The notes beneath the pieces were generated by a model. The model had not been told where the DNA came from. It worked only from the letters and a program-made list of their open reading frames with translations, and made no database searches. From an uncultured Clostridia bacterium (GTDB lineage: Bacteria; Bacillota; Clostridia; Oscillospirales; CAG-272), in the NCBI GenBank assembly GCA_947631245.1, contig CANRKP010000002.1, positions 1 to 64,000 on the forward strand: a stretch of 64,000 nucleotides of DNA, written 5' to 3'. Made by a program: the position numbers and the translations under genes. Every line of letters starts with the position of its first letter. Position 1 is the stretch's first letter. This document shows positions 17,429 to 25,979 of this stretch, one piece after another.

Positions 17429-19681
17429 TCATTCCGAAACCTCCGCATACTCGACGAAAAGCGTTTTCGAGCGCCGCCGCATGAAGCTGCGGTACGGCAG
17501 AAACGCGGACAAAAATCCGCACGACACCGACATTATGACCGATACAAGTATCGCGTACCACGGCATATAGAAGGAAAACCTCAAGTCGAGCCCGGAGAAA
17601 TGCGGGACGAACACGTTTACGAATTTATAAAGCAGAAACGAGAGCGAATATCCGAGCAGAATGCAGAAGATGAACGAAAGCACGCCCATAAAGACGCCGC
17701 CGAATATGTAGAGCCGCTTGATATCGCTCTCGAGCGCGCCCACCGACTGCAAGATCGTGAACTCCCCCTCGCGCTTGTAATAATACAGCATCTGAGAGAA
17801 GAACCATATGAGCGGCGAGATGAAGAGCAGGAGAAGCGCGACGAAGGTGAATATCTCGTCGTACTGCTTATCCTCGTTGACGCGTGCGAGATATATCGAA
17901 TGCGTGTTTTTTACCGGTATGCCTCCGTACAGCATCCCCCAGCCGCGAAGCGTTTCCTCAAGCTCCGCCGTCTCCTTCGGCGACAGCGTCGGGTCGGCAT
18001 AAACGTTTATCGTTTCAAACCTTAGCTCCTCGCCCGTCACATCCTCAAACGCGGCGTCGGAAAAGTATATGGGCATAAGAAGCGTCGGTATGTCATATAC
18101 GATCGCCCCTATAGTGTACTCGCGGTATTCGAAAACGCCGTTTTTTATCTGCTCGCGCAAAAGCGCCTTGCCGGACAGAAGTCCGTCTATCGAGCCCGTA
18201 TATTTCACGAACTCCGCTATCTCTATTTTGTCCCCGACCTTGTAGTCGAATTTTCTTTCGTTCCCTATCGAGTCCGCAATGACGACGGCGCCGTCGTCAT
18301 GCAGCGGAGCCGAAAGGTCGCCCTCGTACCTGTACTTTGAGAGCTCCGTCACCGTGTCCTCGTCTATCGTCCTGTACTGAAGGTCGCCGGCGACGCGGTA
18401 TTCGCCCTCCTCGTCGGGGATGACGAGGTTTCCGAACGGCGCCATGTACTCGGCGCGGACGCGAAGATGGCTCTTTAAGTCGACGGCGTCGCGCGACGCC
18501 GTCTTGCCGACGTGCACGATGCCCTCGGTGTCGTAGAGCTCGTCTCTCATCCTGTCCTGATACTCCACCTTCGATATGTCGAGCTCGTATTCCGGCGACG
18601 GCTTCGCCACAATTATCCTCGTTATCTCAGCAACATAAAGCCCGCATATGAAAAGGGATGTGAAGATAACTGCGGACAGAAGCAGGCGCAGATTGTAACG
18701 GCGGAAGCGCCATGCGGAGAACATTTCGTACCGCAGCGGGAATTTCGAGCCGAAGATGCGGAAGGAGCGCCTCGGCGAGACGACGAGATTTGAATTGTCC
18801 TCTGCGGCGATAAGCGTCATCGGCGCTCTCATAGACATTATCCGCATCGGGAACATCACCGACACAAGGATAACGATAAGGCCGTATAGCCCCGAGAGCA
18901 AAAGCGTCCACACCGGGCACGAAAACGGAATTTTGTGTACGGCGAGCAGGACCCACGATATTATCACGGACACAAGCGTCGCCGGCAGAAACGTCATTAT
19001 CCCGATCGAGAACATCTCCCAAAACGACGTCTCAAACAGCTTTTTGAAGTCCGCGCCGAAGCTCATGTAGATGCCGTATACGAACTTGTAGTGATTTATC
19101 CTTATGTTATAAAGTATGACGAGCAAAAACACCGACAGCACGCCCGTCACCACCATTGACGCGGCGTAAATGAGCCTGTTCACGAACAGGTTCTCCCTGA
19201 AATTCATGAGCGGCGTCGTAACGTATTCGACGGGATTCTGCGGGTCGGCGTCCTTTATCGCGCCGAGATGCTTTCGGCGGAAGACGGTTTTATAGACCTC
19301 GTTGACCTCTTCGAAGTCGTTGCCCTTGAAAACGATATATACGTCATAGTATGAGCGCGCCTCGTATGCGTTGTAATGCTCCGTTATCCTTACGTCCTCA
19401 TACGTCCGGCTCCAGCCCGGCAGACCGTTCTCTATCGCGAGCTTCTGATCCTCCGTCAAAGAATACAGCGCTATATGATAGTCGAATTCCTCCGTGACGC
19501 GCTGCCACTCCGTTCTGTCGTTATTGTAAAGGATGACGGTCAGCGTCGCAAATATCGTCTGTATTATCGCTATCGCAGCGAAAAAGCACGCGTACTGCCC
19601 GATGTTGGATATCACGTTCTTGAACGCCAGCCGCAGCGTCTTTTTAAGATACGCCGCGGCGTTTTCCAAAAGCTCAGCCAA
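17429..19681 (-). CDS. FtsX-like ABC permease (MacB-type, large extracytoplasmic domains)
   Basis: 750 aa; 4+4 TM pattern with large loops; immediately upstream of its MacB-type ATPase. Confidence 0.7.
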   Translation of the reverse strand: MAELLENAAAYLKKTLRLAFKNVISNIGQYACFFAAIAIIQTIFATLTVILYNNDRTEWQRVTEEFDYHIALYSLTEDQKLAIENGLPGWSRTYEDVRITEHYNAYEARSYYDVYIVFKGNDFEEVNEVYKTVFRRKHLGAIKDADPQNPVEYVTTPLMNFRENLFVNRLIYAASMVVTGVLSVFLLVILYNIRINHYKFVYGIYMSFGADFKKLFETSFWEMFSIGIMTFLPATLVSVIISWVLLAVHKIPFSCPVWTLLLSGLYGLIVILVSVMFPMRIMSMRAPMTLIAAEDNSNLVVSPRRSFRIFGSKFPLRYEMFSAWRFRRYNLRLLLSAVIFTSLFICGLYVAEITRIIVAKPSPEYELDISKVEYQDRMRDELYDTEGIVHVGKTASRDAVDLKSHLRVRAEYMAPFGNLVIPDEEGEYRVAGDLQYRTIDEDTVTELSKYRYEGDLSAPLHDDGAVVIADSIGNERKFDYKVGDKIEIAEFVKYTGSIDGLLSGKALLREQIKNGVFEYREYTIGAIVYDIPTLLMPIYFSDAAFEDVTGEELRFETINVYADPTLSPKETAELEETLRGWGMLYGGIPVKNTHSIYLARVNEDKQYDEIFTFVALLLLFISPLIWFFSQMLYYYKREGEFTILQSVGALESDIKRLYIFGGVFMGVLSFIFCILLGYSLSFLLYKFVNVFVPHFSGLDLRFSFYMPWYAILVSVIMSVSCGFLSAFLPYRSFMRRRSKTLFVEYAEVSE

Positions 19682-19788
19682 AATTCCGTCCTCCTTTTTA
19701 TTATGGATCTGTTACAGAACGCCGCGGCAGATCGTTATAGCTGCCGCGGCCGTTTTTCTCATATTGTCAATTTGTCGGCAGTTTCATT

Positions 19789-22056
19789 TCACATCCGCAC
19801 AGTCGAAAACCGTGCCCCGCGCCCCTCGAGAAGTCTTGTCTCGCGCCCCTGACACGACATTATCAGGGACTGCATCCCGCAGCCCGCAATCATTTCCAGC
19901 ATCGCGGACGCCCTTGTGTCGTCCATCTGCGAAAACGACTCGTCAAAGACGAGCGGCGGCGTGCTCTTCCTGTAAAGCAGCTTCACGAGTGCGAGCCTCA
20001 GCGAAAGGTACGCCGCCTCGACGGTGCCTCCGCTCAGAAGTCCGATATCCCTGTACGTCCCGTCCGCAAGCACGCTCATCCCGAATTCGGCGTCGACGCC
20101 GAGCTCCGAATACTTTCCGTCCGTGACGCGGCCCATATATTCGCGCGCGTACTCCCTAAGACGCGGCGCGACGCTCTCGCGCACCCCTCTGCCCGCCGCG
20201 GCAAGCGCGTCCGTCGCGAGGACGCAGGCGTCAAACCTCGAAATATCCTCCGCGAGCTCCGAGTTCAGCTCGTCGAGCTTCACAGAGATAGCGGCAGGGT
20301 CGAGCCGCGTCGCCATAAGATGCGCGCGCCTGACCTCGAGCTCATGTATCTTTGCCGTGAGCGTCTGATACGCGTTTTCGGCGAGCTCACGCTCTTTTCC
20401 GAGCGCAGTTACGCGGGCGGGGTCGTATTCTCCGCGTCCGAGCTTTGACAGCTCCTCTGCCTTCTCCCTGATCTCCGCCTCGTTTATGCCCGAGAGCTGC
20501 TTTTCAAGCTCCTCCGCGTCTGCGCGGACGCGCCTTTGCTCGTCCGTCAGACTGCGAACGCGCGTCAGCGCCGCCTCGCAGCCCGTTATGAGCCCCATAA
20601 GCGCCTGCGCCAGCCCCTCGTCGTCGGACTCGATGCCCACGCGGGACAAAAGCTCGCGCGCCTGCTTTTTTTCCTCGTCGAACACCGAATACTGAACGTA
20701 AAGCTCGGTCTCCGCCGTCGCGATGCGCTCCGTTATGCGCCTGTACTCTCTCGCGTCTTCCTCCGCCTCGTCAAGGGCAGCCCTCGCGCCCTCCATGTCG
20801 CGGGCGCCGTACCGCCGAAGCTCTCTTCTGCAGCGCGCCTCCATGACGGCGTAAACCGCTATCGATACTATCGCCGCGGCGCCGAGCGTTCCCGCGGCGG
20901 CAAGCATGAACGAGGTCGCGATGCCCTTTATGAACGGCAGAAGCGTCAGCGCCGCCGTGACGACGGCGAGCACCGCCGTCACCGCCGAGACTGCGGCGGC
21001 GGCCGTCTTGCCCGACGCGAGCTTTTCGAGCTTCTCTATCATTCCGTCGGCGGCGTCCTCGTCGTCGAGCAGCGCGCCGAACAGCCTCTCGCGCCCGCGG
21101 TAGTCGTCAGCCTCCGAGCGGAGCCCGTCGAGCTGCTTTGACGCCGCGGCGATAGACGCCGACGTCGCCGTCATCGAGTCGGCGGCGGCACGCAGCTCGC
21201 CTATATATCCCTCGTCGGAAACAAGACCGCTCTCCTGAGAAAGCGAAAGCCTCAGCTCCTCCTCGCGCTCCCTGTAAGCGCGCAGCCTGTCGAAGCGGCG
21301 CATTGTCAAAAGCGTGTCGAGCTCCGCGGACTCCGTCCGCGCCGCGTCTCTTCTCGCCAGCGCCGCCTCGCATTTTTTGCCGAGCTCCGATATCGACGCT
21401 TCGACGTTTATAAGCTCCGAGGATGTGGTCTTCGCCGTCTCGAGCATCGACGCGAGCTCATCCCTCTTCGCCTTTTTTTCGAATATGATGCCGCCCTTGC
21501 CGTTTTTGTGCAGAAGGGACCTGCGGAGCACGTCTATCCTTGCCGCCGCCTTTTCCGTATTCACCGCCTCGTCCGCGGAGAAGAGCAGATTTTCCGTCGC
21601 GGCGCTCATGCGTCCGCCGTCTATCTTCGCCCCCTCGAGCTGGCGGACGTAAGCCGTTCCCGAAAAAACGTCCTCCGGCACGCCGAACAAAAACTCGCCC
21701 GGGCAGTCGCCCGCTTTTATCTCGATGCCGGTGTCAGCGTCCGTCATCCTCACGGTCTCGCGGAATGCTTCCCGCTCGCCCGCGCCCGACACGGCGACCG
21801 TGCGCTCCACGGTTATTCTCCGCTCCCCGTCGACCACGAGCAGCGAGCCCGACGCGGACGTGCCGCCCCAGCTTATGTACCGCCTCCGCTCGGCGGGGTC
21901 TCCCTTCGCCCCGTAAAGGACGAACTTTATAAACGCCGCCGCCGTCGACTTTCCGGACTCGTTTTCGCCCTCGAAAACGTTGACACCCGGCGACAGCGTT
22001 ATCTCTTGCCCCGACAGCTTGCCGAAGCTGTTTATCATTATCTTTTCTATATACAT
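19789..22056 (-). CDS. SbcC/YhaN-like AAA ATPase (SMC-like) with central hydrophobic segment
   Basis: N-terminal Walker A GENESGKST; long coiled-coil; C-terminal LLSGGT...LVFDESFSQMDD; internal ~50-aa Ala/Val/Leu-rich hydrophobic stretch. Confidence 0.7.
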   Translation of the reverse strand: MYIEKIMINSFGKLSGQEITLSPGVNVFEGENESGKSTAAAFIKFVLYGAKGDPAERRRYISWGGTSASGSLLVVDGERRITVERTVAVSGAGEREAFRETVRMTDADTGIEIKAGDCPGEFLFGVPEDVFSGTAYVRQLEGAKIDGGRMSAATENLLFSADEAVNTEKAAARIDVLRRSLLHKNGKGGIIFEKKAKRDELASMLETAKTTSSELINVEASISELGKKCEAALARRDAARTESAELDTLLTMRRFDRLRAYREREEELRLSLSQESGLVSDEGYIGELRAAADSMTATSASIAAASKQLDGLRSEADDYRGRERLFGALLDDEDAADGMIEKLEKLASGKTAAAAVSAVTAVLAVVTAALTLLPFIKGIATSFMLAAAGTLGAAAIVSIAVYAVMEARCRRELRRYGARDMEGARAALDEAEEDAREYRRITERIATAETELYVQYSVFDEEKKQARELLSRVGIESDDEGLAQALMGLITGCEAALTRVRSLTDEQRRVRADAEELEKQLSGINEAEIREKAEELSKLGRGEYDPARVTALGKERELAENAYQTLTAKIHELEVRRAHLMATRLDPAAISVKLDELNSELAEDISRFDACVLATDALAAAGRGVRESVAPRLREYAREYMGRVTDGKYSELGVDAEFGMSVLADGTYRDIGLLSGGTVEAAYLSLRLALVKLLYRKSTPPLVFDESFSQMDDTRASAMLEMIAGCGMQSLIMSCQGRETRLLEGRGARFSTVRM

Positions 22057-22082
22057 ATCGAAAAGTACCCGTTAATTTTTAC

Positions 22083-23195
22083 TCAGTCCGAGATGCTCTC
22101 GCCCGCCATCGCGGACAGACCGTAGCGGAGCGCGCGCAGCGCCGTCTTTCTCACCGCCGGGTCGGAGTCGAGCAGCCGCGGCTTCAGCTCGCGGTAGAAC
22201 GCCCCCTTAACCGTCGGGTCCGCCTCAAGATATTCGGTGTCGAGCGCCGGTGTCGTCTCGTCCTTTATGTCGAGCGCAAACACCTCGTCAACACCGTCCG
22301 CGACGAGAGGCGCCGACAGCACGAGCGACGGCTCCGTCTCTCCCGTGAGCGTCACGCGCAGAAGCGTGTCGGCAGAGTATTTTTTCTCTCTGATGAGGGA
22401 CTTTATTCTCTCCCTTACGTCCGCCGCCGAGACGGCTCCCGTGACGTTCAGCGTCTCCGCCTCGTATTTTCTGCGGGCGAACACGAGCCTTCTCATCGTC
22501 TTTTTCCCGTCGTCTCCGATCTCAAACGACAGCGCCGCCTTCTGCCCCGTCTCGTCATACCCTCTGCCCTCTATGCAGCCGCAGTAACCGAAAATGCAGT
22601 TCCCCGCTTCCGACACCTTCGGCGGATTGTGGACGTGACCGAGCGCCGCGTAATCGAAGCCGGCGGCGACGAGCTGAGCCGAGGTAACGGGCGCGTACGG
22701 GGACGCGGGCGCGTCAAGATGGGCATGCGCGCAGAGCAGGCGGATCCTGCCGTTGTCCTCCGTCGCTGTGACTGCGGAGGCGGGATGCGACTCGCCTGTG
22801 AATGCGTATCCGTAGACGTCGCAGTTTATCTCCGGGAATTCGAACCTCGTCTGCTCCTCGCTTTTGAATATATACACGTTCGGCGGAAATTTGACTTTCG
22901 CGTAGACGCTGTCTGGCGTGTACGGGTCGTGGTTGCCGGGGCTTATGATTATTCGGCACGCGGACGCGCGCGAAAACTCCCTCATAACGATATCTATTGT
23001 CTCCCGCGTGACAAAGCCGCGGTCGAAAAGGTCGCCCGCTATAAGGAGGATGTCGGTGTGGTTTGTCCTGACATACGTCATTAGCGACGAAAAAGTGCCC
23101 CGAAGCTCCGTCTTGCGGACCTCCGCGCGCCTTTCGTCGAGCCCCGAAAACGGGCTGTCAAGATGTATGTCGCCTGTGTGTACTATCTTCAGCAT
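22083..23195 (-). CDS. SbcD/YhaO-like metallophosphoesterase nuclease
   Basis: MLKIVHTGDIHLD...GDLFD...GNHD...GHVH calcineurin-like motifs. Start chosen at Met-25 of the listed ORF. Confidence 0.75.
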   Translation of the reverse strand: MLKIVHTGDIHLDSPFSGLDERRAEVRKTELRGTFSSLMTYVRTNHTDILLIAGDLFDRGFVTRETIDIVMREFSRASACRIIISPGNHDPYTPDSVYAKVKFPPNVYIFKSEEQTRFEFPEINCDVYGYAFTGESHPASAVTATEDNGRIRLLCAHAHLDAPASPYAPVTSAQLVAAGFDYAALGHVHNPPKVSEAGNCIFGYCGCIEGRGYDETGQKAALSFEIGDDGKKTMRRLVFARRKYEAETLNVTGAVSAADVRERIKSLIREKKYSADTLLRVTLTGETEPSLVLSAPLVADGVDEVFALDIKDETTPALDTEYLEADPTVKGAFYRELKPRLLDSDPAVRKTALRALRYGLSAMAGESISD

Positions 23196-23362
23196 CGAAA
23201 AATCCCCCCGGAAATGCATATACGGGCCGTAAAGACAACATCGTCCGATTATATATAATGATATCACACATCCGTATCAAACGCAAGCGCGCCGCCGAAA
23301 GATTTCGGAGAAAAACATTTTGCCGGGGGTGGTTTCGGAGTAAATGTTTCCTCATCAAAATG

Positions 23363-23399
23363 AAAAGCCGGCGACGGGTCACCCCGCCGCCGGCTTTTG
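23363..23399. terminator. Bidirectional hairpin terminator
   Basis: aaaagccggcgacgggtcaccccgccgccggctttt. Confidence 0.7.
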
Positions 23400-23415
23400 A
23401 TCAATTATCATTTTC

Positions 23416-24261
23416 CTATTTGTCTGCTATAAAAAGCACGCCGAGCGTGTTTGGCCCGCAGTGGCTTGAAATAACGCCGCCCGCGCGCGTCTCGAGGACC
23501 TCGCGGAAGAGCCCCGTCTCCGATAGCCTGCGGCACGTCTCGGCCGCCGTCGGCAAAGCGTCGCCCACGAGCGTGTGCGTCACAAAGATGCGGGTCTTGT
23601 CCGCATGCTCAAGGTCCGGCATAAGGTCGGTGACGTATCCGTCGACGACGCGTCCTATCTTTCCGCGGTATTTTTTCGAGACGTCCATCTTTCCGTCCTC
23701 GACTACTATCTTTGGCTTGAGAGAAAGCAGATTTGCCGCAAGCGCCGTCAGGGGAGAGCAGCGTCCGCCGCGCTGAAGATACGTCAGCGTGTCTATAACG
23801 AAGCTCGCGCGGACGCGCGGACGAAGTCTCTCTATCTCTGCCGCTATCTCGTCGGCTCCCATGCCCTCGGCAGCCATGTCCGCCGCCTTGAGCACAAGAA
23901 GTCCGATACCCGTCGAAAGGTTGCGGGAGTCTATTATGTGAACGCTGCCGCAGCCCGCCTCCTTCGCCGCGAGATGCATGACGTTGTTCGACGTGCTCAT
24001 CTCGCCCGAGATGCTGAACGCTATTATGTCGTCGTCACGGTATTTGGAAAAGAGCTCCGCCGCGTCCTCGAGCGAGGGCGCCGCCGTCTTGGGCGTCGCG
24101 GCGTTCTTGTCCGCCCACGCGAAAAGCTCCGACTGCGTGAGCTCGCCGTCACGGACGCTGCGGTCTCCAAGCGTCACCCGCAGCGGCAGTATGTCTATGT
24201 CGTATCTCTGTGTCAGCTCCGCGCCAAGGTCGCATGTGCTGTCGGCAATTATCTTTACCAT
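23416..24261 (-). CDS. DegV family fatty-acid-binding protein
   Basis: MVKIIADSTCDL N-terminus after RBS ggagg; DegV-like fold motifs throughout. Confidence 0.8.
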   Translation of the reverse strand: MVKIIADSTCDLGAELTQRYDIDILPLRVTLGDRSVRDGELTQSELFAWADKNAATPKTAAPSLEDAAELFSKYRDDDIIAFSISGEMSTSNNVMHLAAKEAGCGSVHIIDSRNLSTGIGLLVLKAADMAAEGMGADEIAAEIERLRPRVRASFVIDTLTYLQRGGRCSPLTALAANLLSLKPKIVVEDGKMDVSKKYRGKIGRVVDGYVTDLMPDLEHADKTRIFVTHTLVGDALPTAAETCRRLSETGLFREVLETRAGGVISSHCGPNTLGVLFIADK

Positions 24262-24462
24262 TTTTTCCTCCGATGGGTCAGCGATTTTTCCCATATGCCA
24301 ATTATAGCACGCATCCGCCGCTTTGTCACCGAAAAAATTCAGAAAAATGCGTTTTTTCTTAAGAGTGAGATTTAAAAAATGCGTTTTTTCTTGTCATTTT
24401 GCGCGGACTGGTGTATAATGACACCGCAAAAGAATAAATTCGACAAAAAGGCACGGTGCATC

Positions 24463-24948
24463 ATGACGCAATTTTGCTCTATGACCCTGGAAACTCCGGT
24501 CGGCGCGATAACATTGACCGCCGACGGCGAATACATAATCTCGCTCGGGTACGGGGCGTATGCCCGCGCCGGCGCGCAGGCGGAGCATCGGCATACCCTT
24601 CTTACGGAGGCGGCGCGCCAGCTTGAGGAATACTTCGCCGGCGTCCGCCGCGATTTCGACCTCCCGCTGCGCCCGTCAGGCACGGAGTTTCAGCTCCGCG
24701 TCTGGGAGGCACTCCGGAAAATCCCGTACGGCGCCGTCGCGTCGTACTCCGATGTGGCAAAAATGATCGGCTCCCCGCGCGCCGCGCGCGCCGTCGGCAA
24801 CGCGAACAACAAAAATCCCATCGCCATAATCATCCCCTGCCACCGCGTCATTCACGCGGACGGCTCGCTCGGGGGATACGGCGGTCTCGAGGGCGTAAAG
24901 GAATTTCTGCTCGACCATGAGGCACGCGTCTTTCGCGGCGGCAGATAA
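24463..24948 (+). CDS. ogt: Methylated-DNA--protein-cysteine methyltransferase
   Basis: Active-site PCHRV; YGAVASYSDVA...NPIAIIIPCHRVI. Confidence 0.8.
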   Translation: MTQFCSMTLETPVGAITLTADGEYIISLGYGAYARAGAQAEHRHTLLTEAARQLEEYFAGVRRDFDLPLRPSGTEFQLRVWEALRKIPYGAVASYSDVAKMIGSPRAARAVGNANNKNPIAIIIPCHRVIHADGSLGGYGGLEGVKEFLLDHEARVFRGGR

Positions 24949-25004
24949 AAAATGCTCGGGATACCCTAAGCGGACGCGGAGAGAGGACGTTTTAACAAAA
25001 AGGA

Positions 25005-25044
25005 GGCGGCAGGCAAAAATGCCTGCCGTCGGTTTTTTATTTTT
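25005..25044. terminator. Hairpin terminator between convergent genes
   Basis: ggcggcaggcaaaaatgcctgccgtc followed by ggttttttattttt. Confidence 0.7.
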
Positions 25045-25066
25045 GCCTGTGCGTCGGTCTTCCCGC

Positions 25067-25783
25067 TCAGTTTTCCTCTCCGCCCTCGCGTTCCGCTTTT
25101 TTCTGCCCGATGAGGCGGTTTATTATCTCCACCGTCTTGTCGACGTCGGCGCCGTCGCGCACCGGCATCTCGAATATGACCTCTCCCGCGTTGTCGCGGA
25201 TCATTATGTCGGTGAAATCGAGCGTGCCGTGCTTTTCCTTATTGCCGTAAAGGTCGAATCCGAGCGTCCTGTGTTCTATTGACGCGCCCGACAGATCGAC
25301 GTATCTCTCGGTCAGGCAGTGCCTCGACTCGTTATCCTCCGTGAGCATGAACTGGTACATATATATGTGGAGCCTGTCCTGACCGAAGAGTATCTCCGCG
25401 GCGGAATAGACGTTCGATCTGTACCTGTTGTCTCTTCCCTTGCCGACAAGGAGCCCCTCGCGCTCTCTGAAATCGTATTCCGCAAACGTTATCGGCGGGA
25501 ATGCCTTTATGAGCTTTTCGTGTATGTCTATCTCGCGCCTCACCTCAACGTCGAGGTCACCCACCTTTTTCGAGACGGCGCTGTCTATCTCTGTATCAGA
25601 CGGGCGCGAGTCGCGGCAGAAAAAGACGACGGCGAGCCCCGCGGCGAGTATTATGACGCCGAGTATGAGGAAAAACCCGCGCATGATGACACATAAGGCG
25701 CCGAGCACCACGAGTGCGTATCCTATAATGAGCGGGACCTTGTTCACCTCTTGGAAATATTTCATTAACCCCTTATAATTCAT
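25067..25783 (-). CDS. Hypothetical membrane protein (2 TM + cytoplasmic domain)
   Basis: N-terminal hydrophobic helices LIIGYALVVLGALCVIM / LILGVIILAAGLAVVFF; coding-like composition. Confidence 0.5.
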   Translation of the reverse strand: MNYKGLMKYFQEVNKVPLIIGYALVVLGALCVIMRGFFLILGVIILAAGLAVVFFCRDSRPSDTEIDSAVSKKVGDLDVEVRREIDIHEKLIKAFPPITFAEYDFREREGLLVGKGRDNRYRSNVYSAAEILFGQDRLHIYMYQFMLTEDNESRHCLTERYVDLSGASIEHRTLGFDLYGNKEKHGTLDFTDIMIRDNAGEVIFEMPVRDGADVDKTVEIINRLIGQKKAEREGGEEN

Positions 25784-25979
25784 TGCAAAGCAGTCTCCTT
25801 CGTGTTTTGCCGTTTTCTTTGAGTATATACCCTTGCAGGCGCTAAATCAAGTACAGTTGCCGAAAAAAATTAATAAAAGCACTTATGCACCATATCTTCA
25901 AAGCATCCGATGCCGAACCGGCAGCCGAAAAAACATAAGGCGGAGGGAACGCATACCCCTCCGCCTTAAAAATTGCGTT

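Noticed and set aside
22083-23267. N-terminal 24-aa extension of the SbcD-like ORF (MISLYIIGRCC...)
   Set aside because: The canonical MLKIVHTGDIHLD metallophosphoesterase N-terminus begins at the internal Met; the extension is Cys-rich junk
24379-24462. Upstream extension of ogt (MRFFLSFCADWCIMTPQ...)
   Set aside because: The Ogt N-domain begins around MTQFCSMTLETPVG; the extension has no homology and lies in the promoter region
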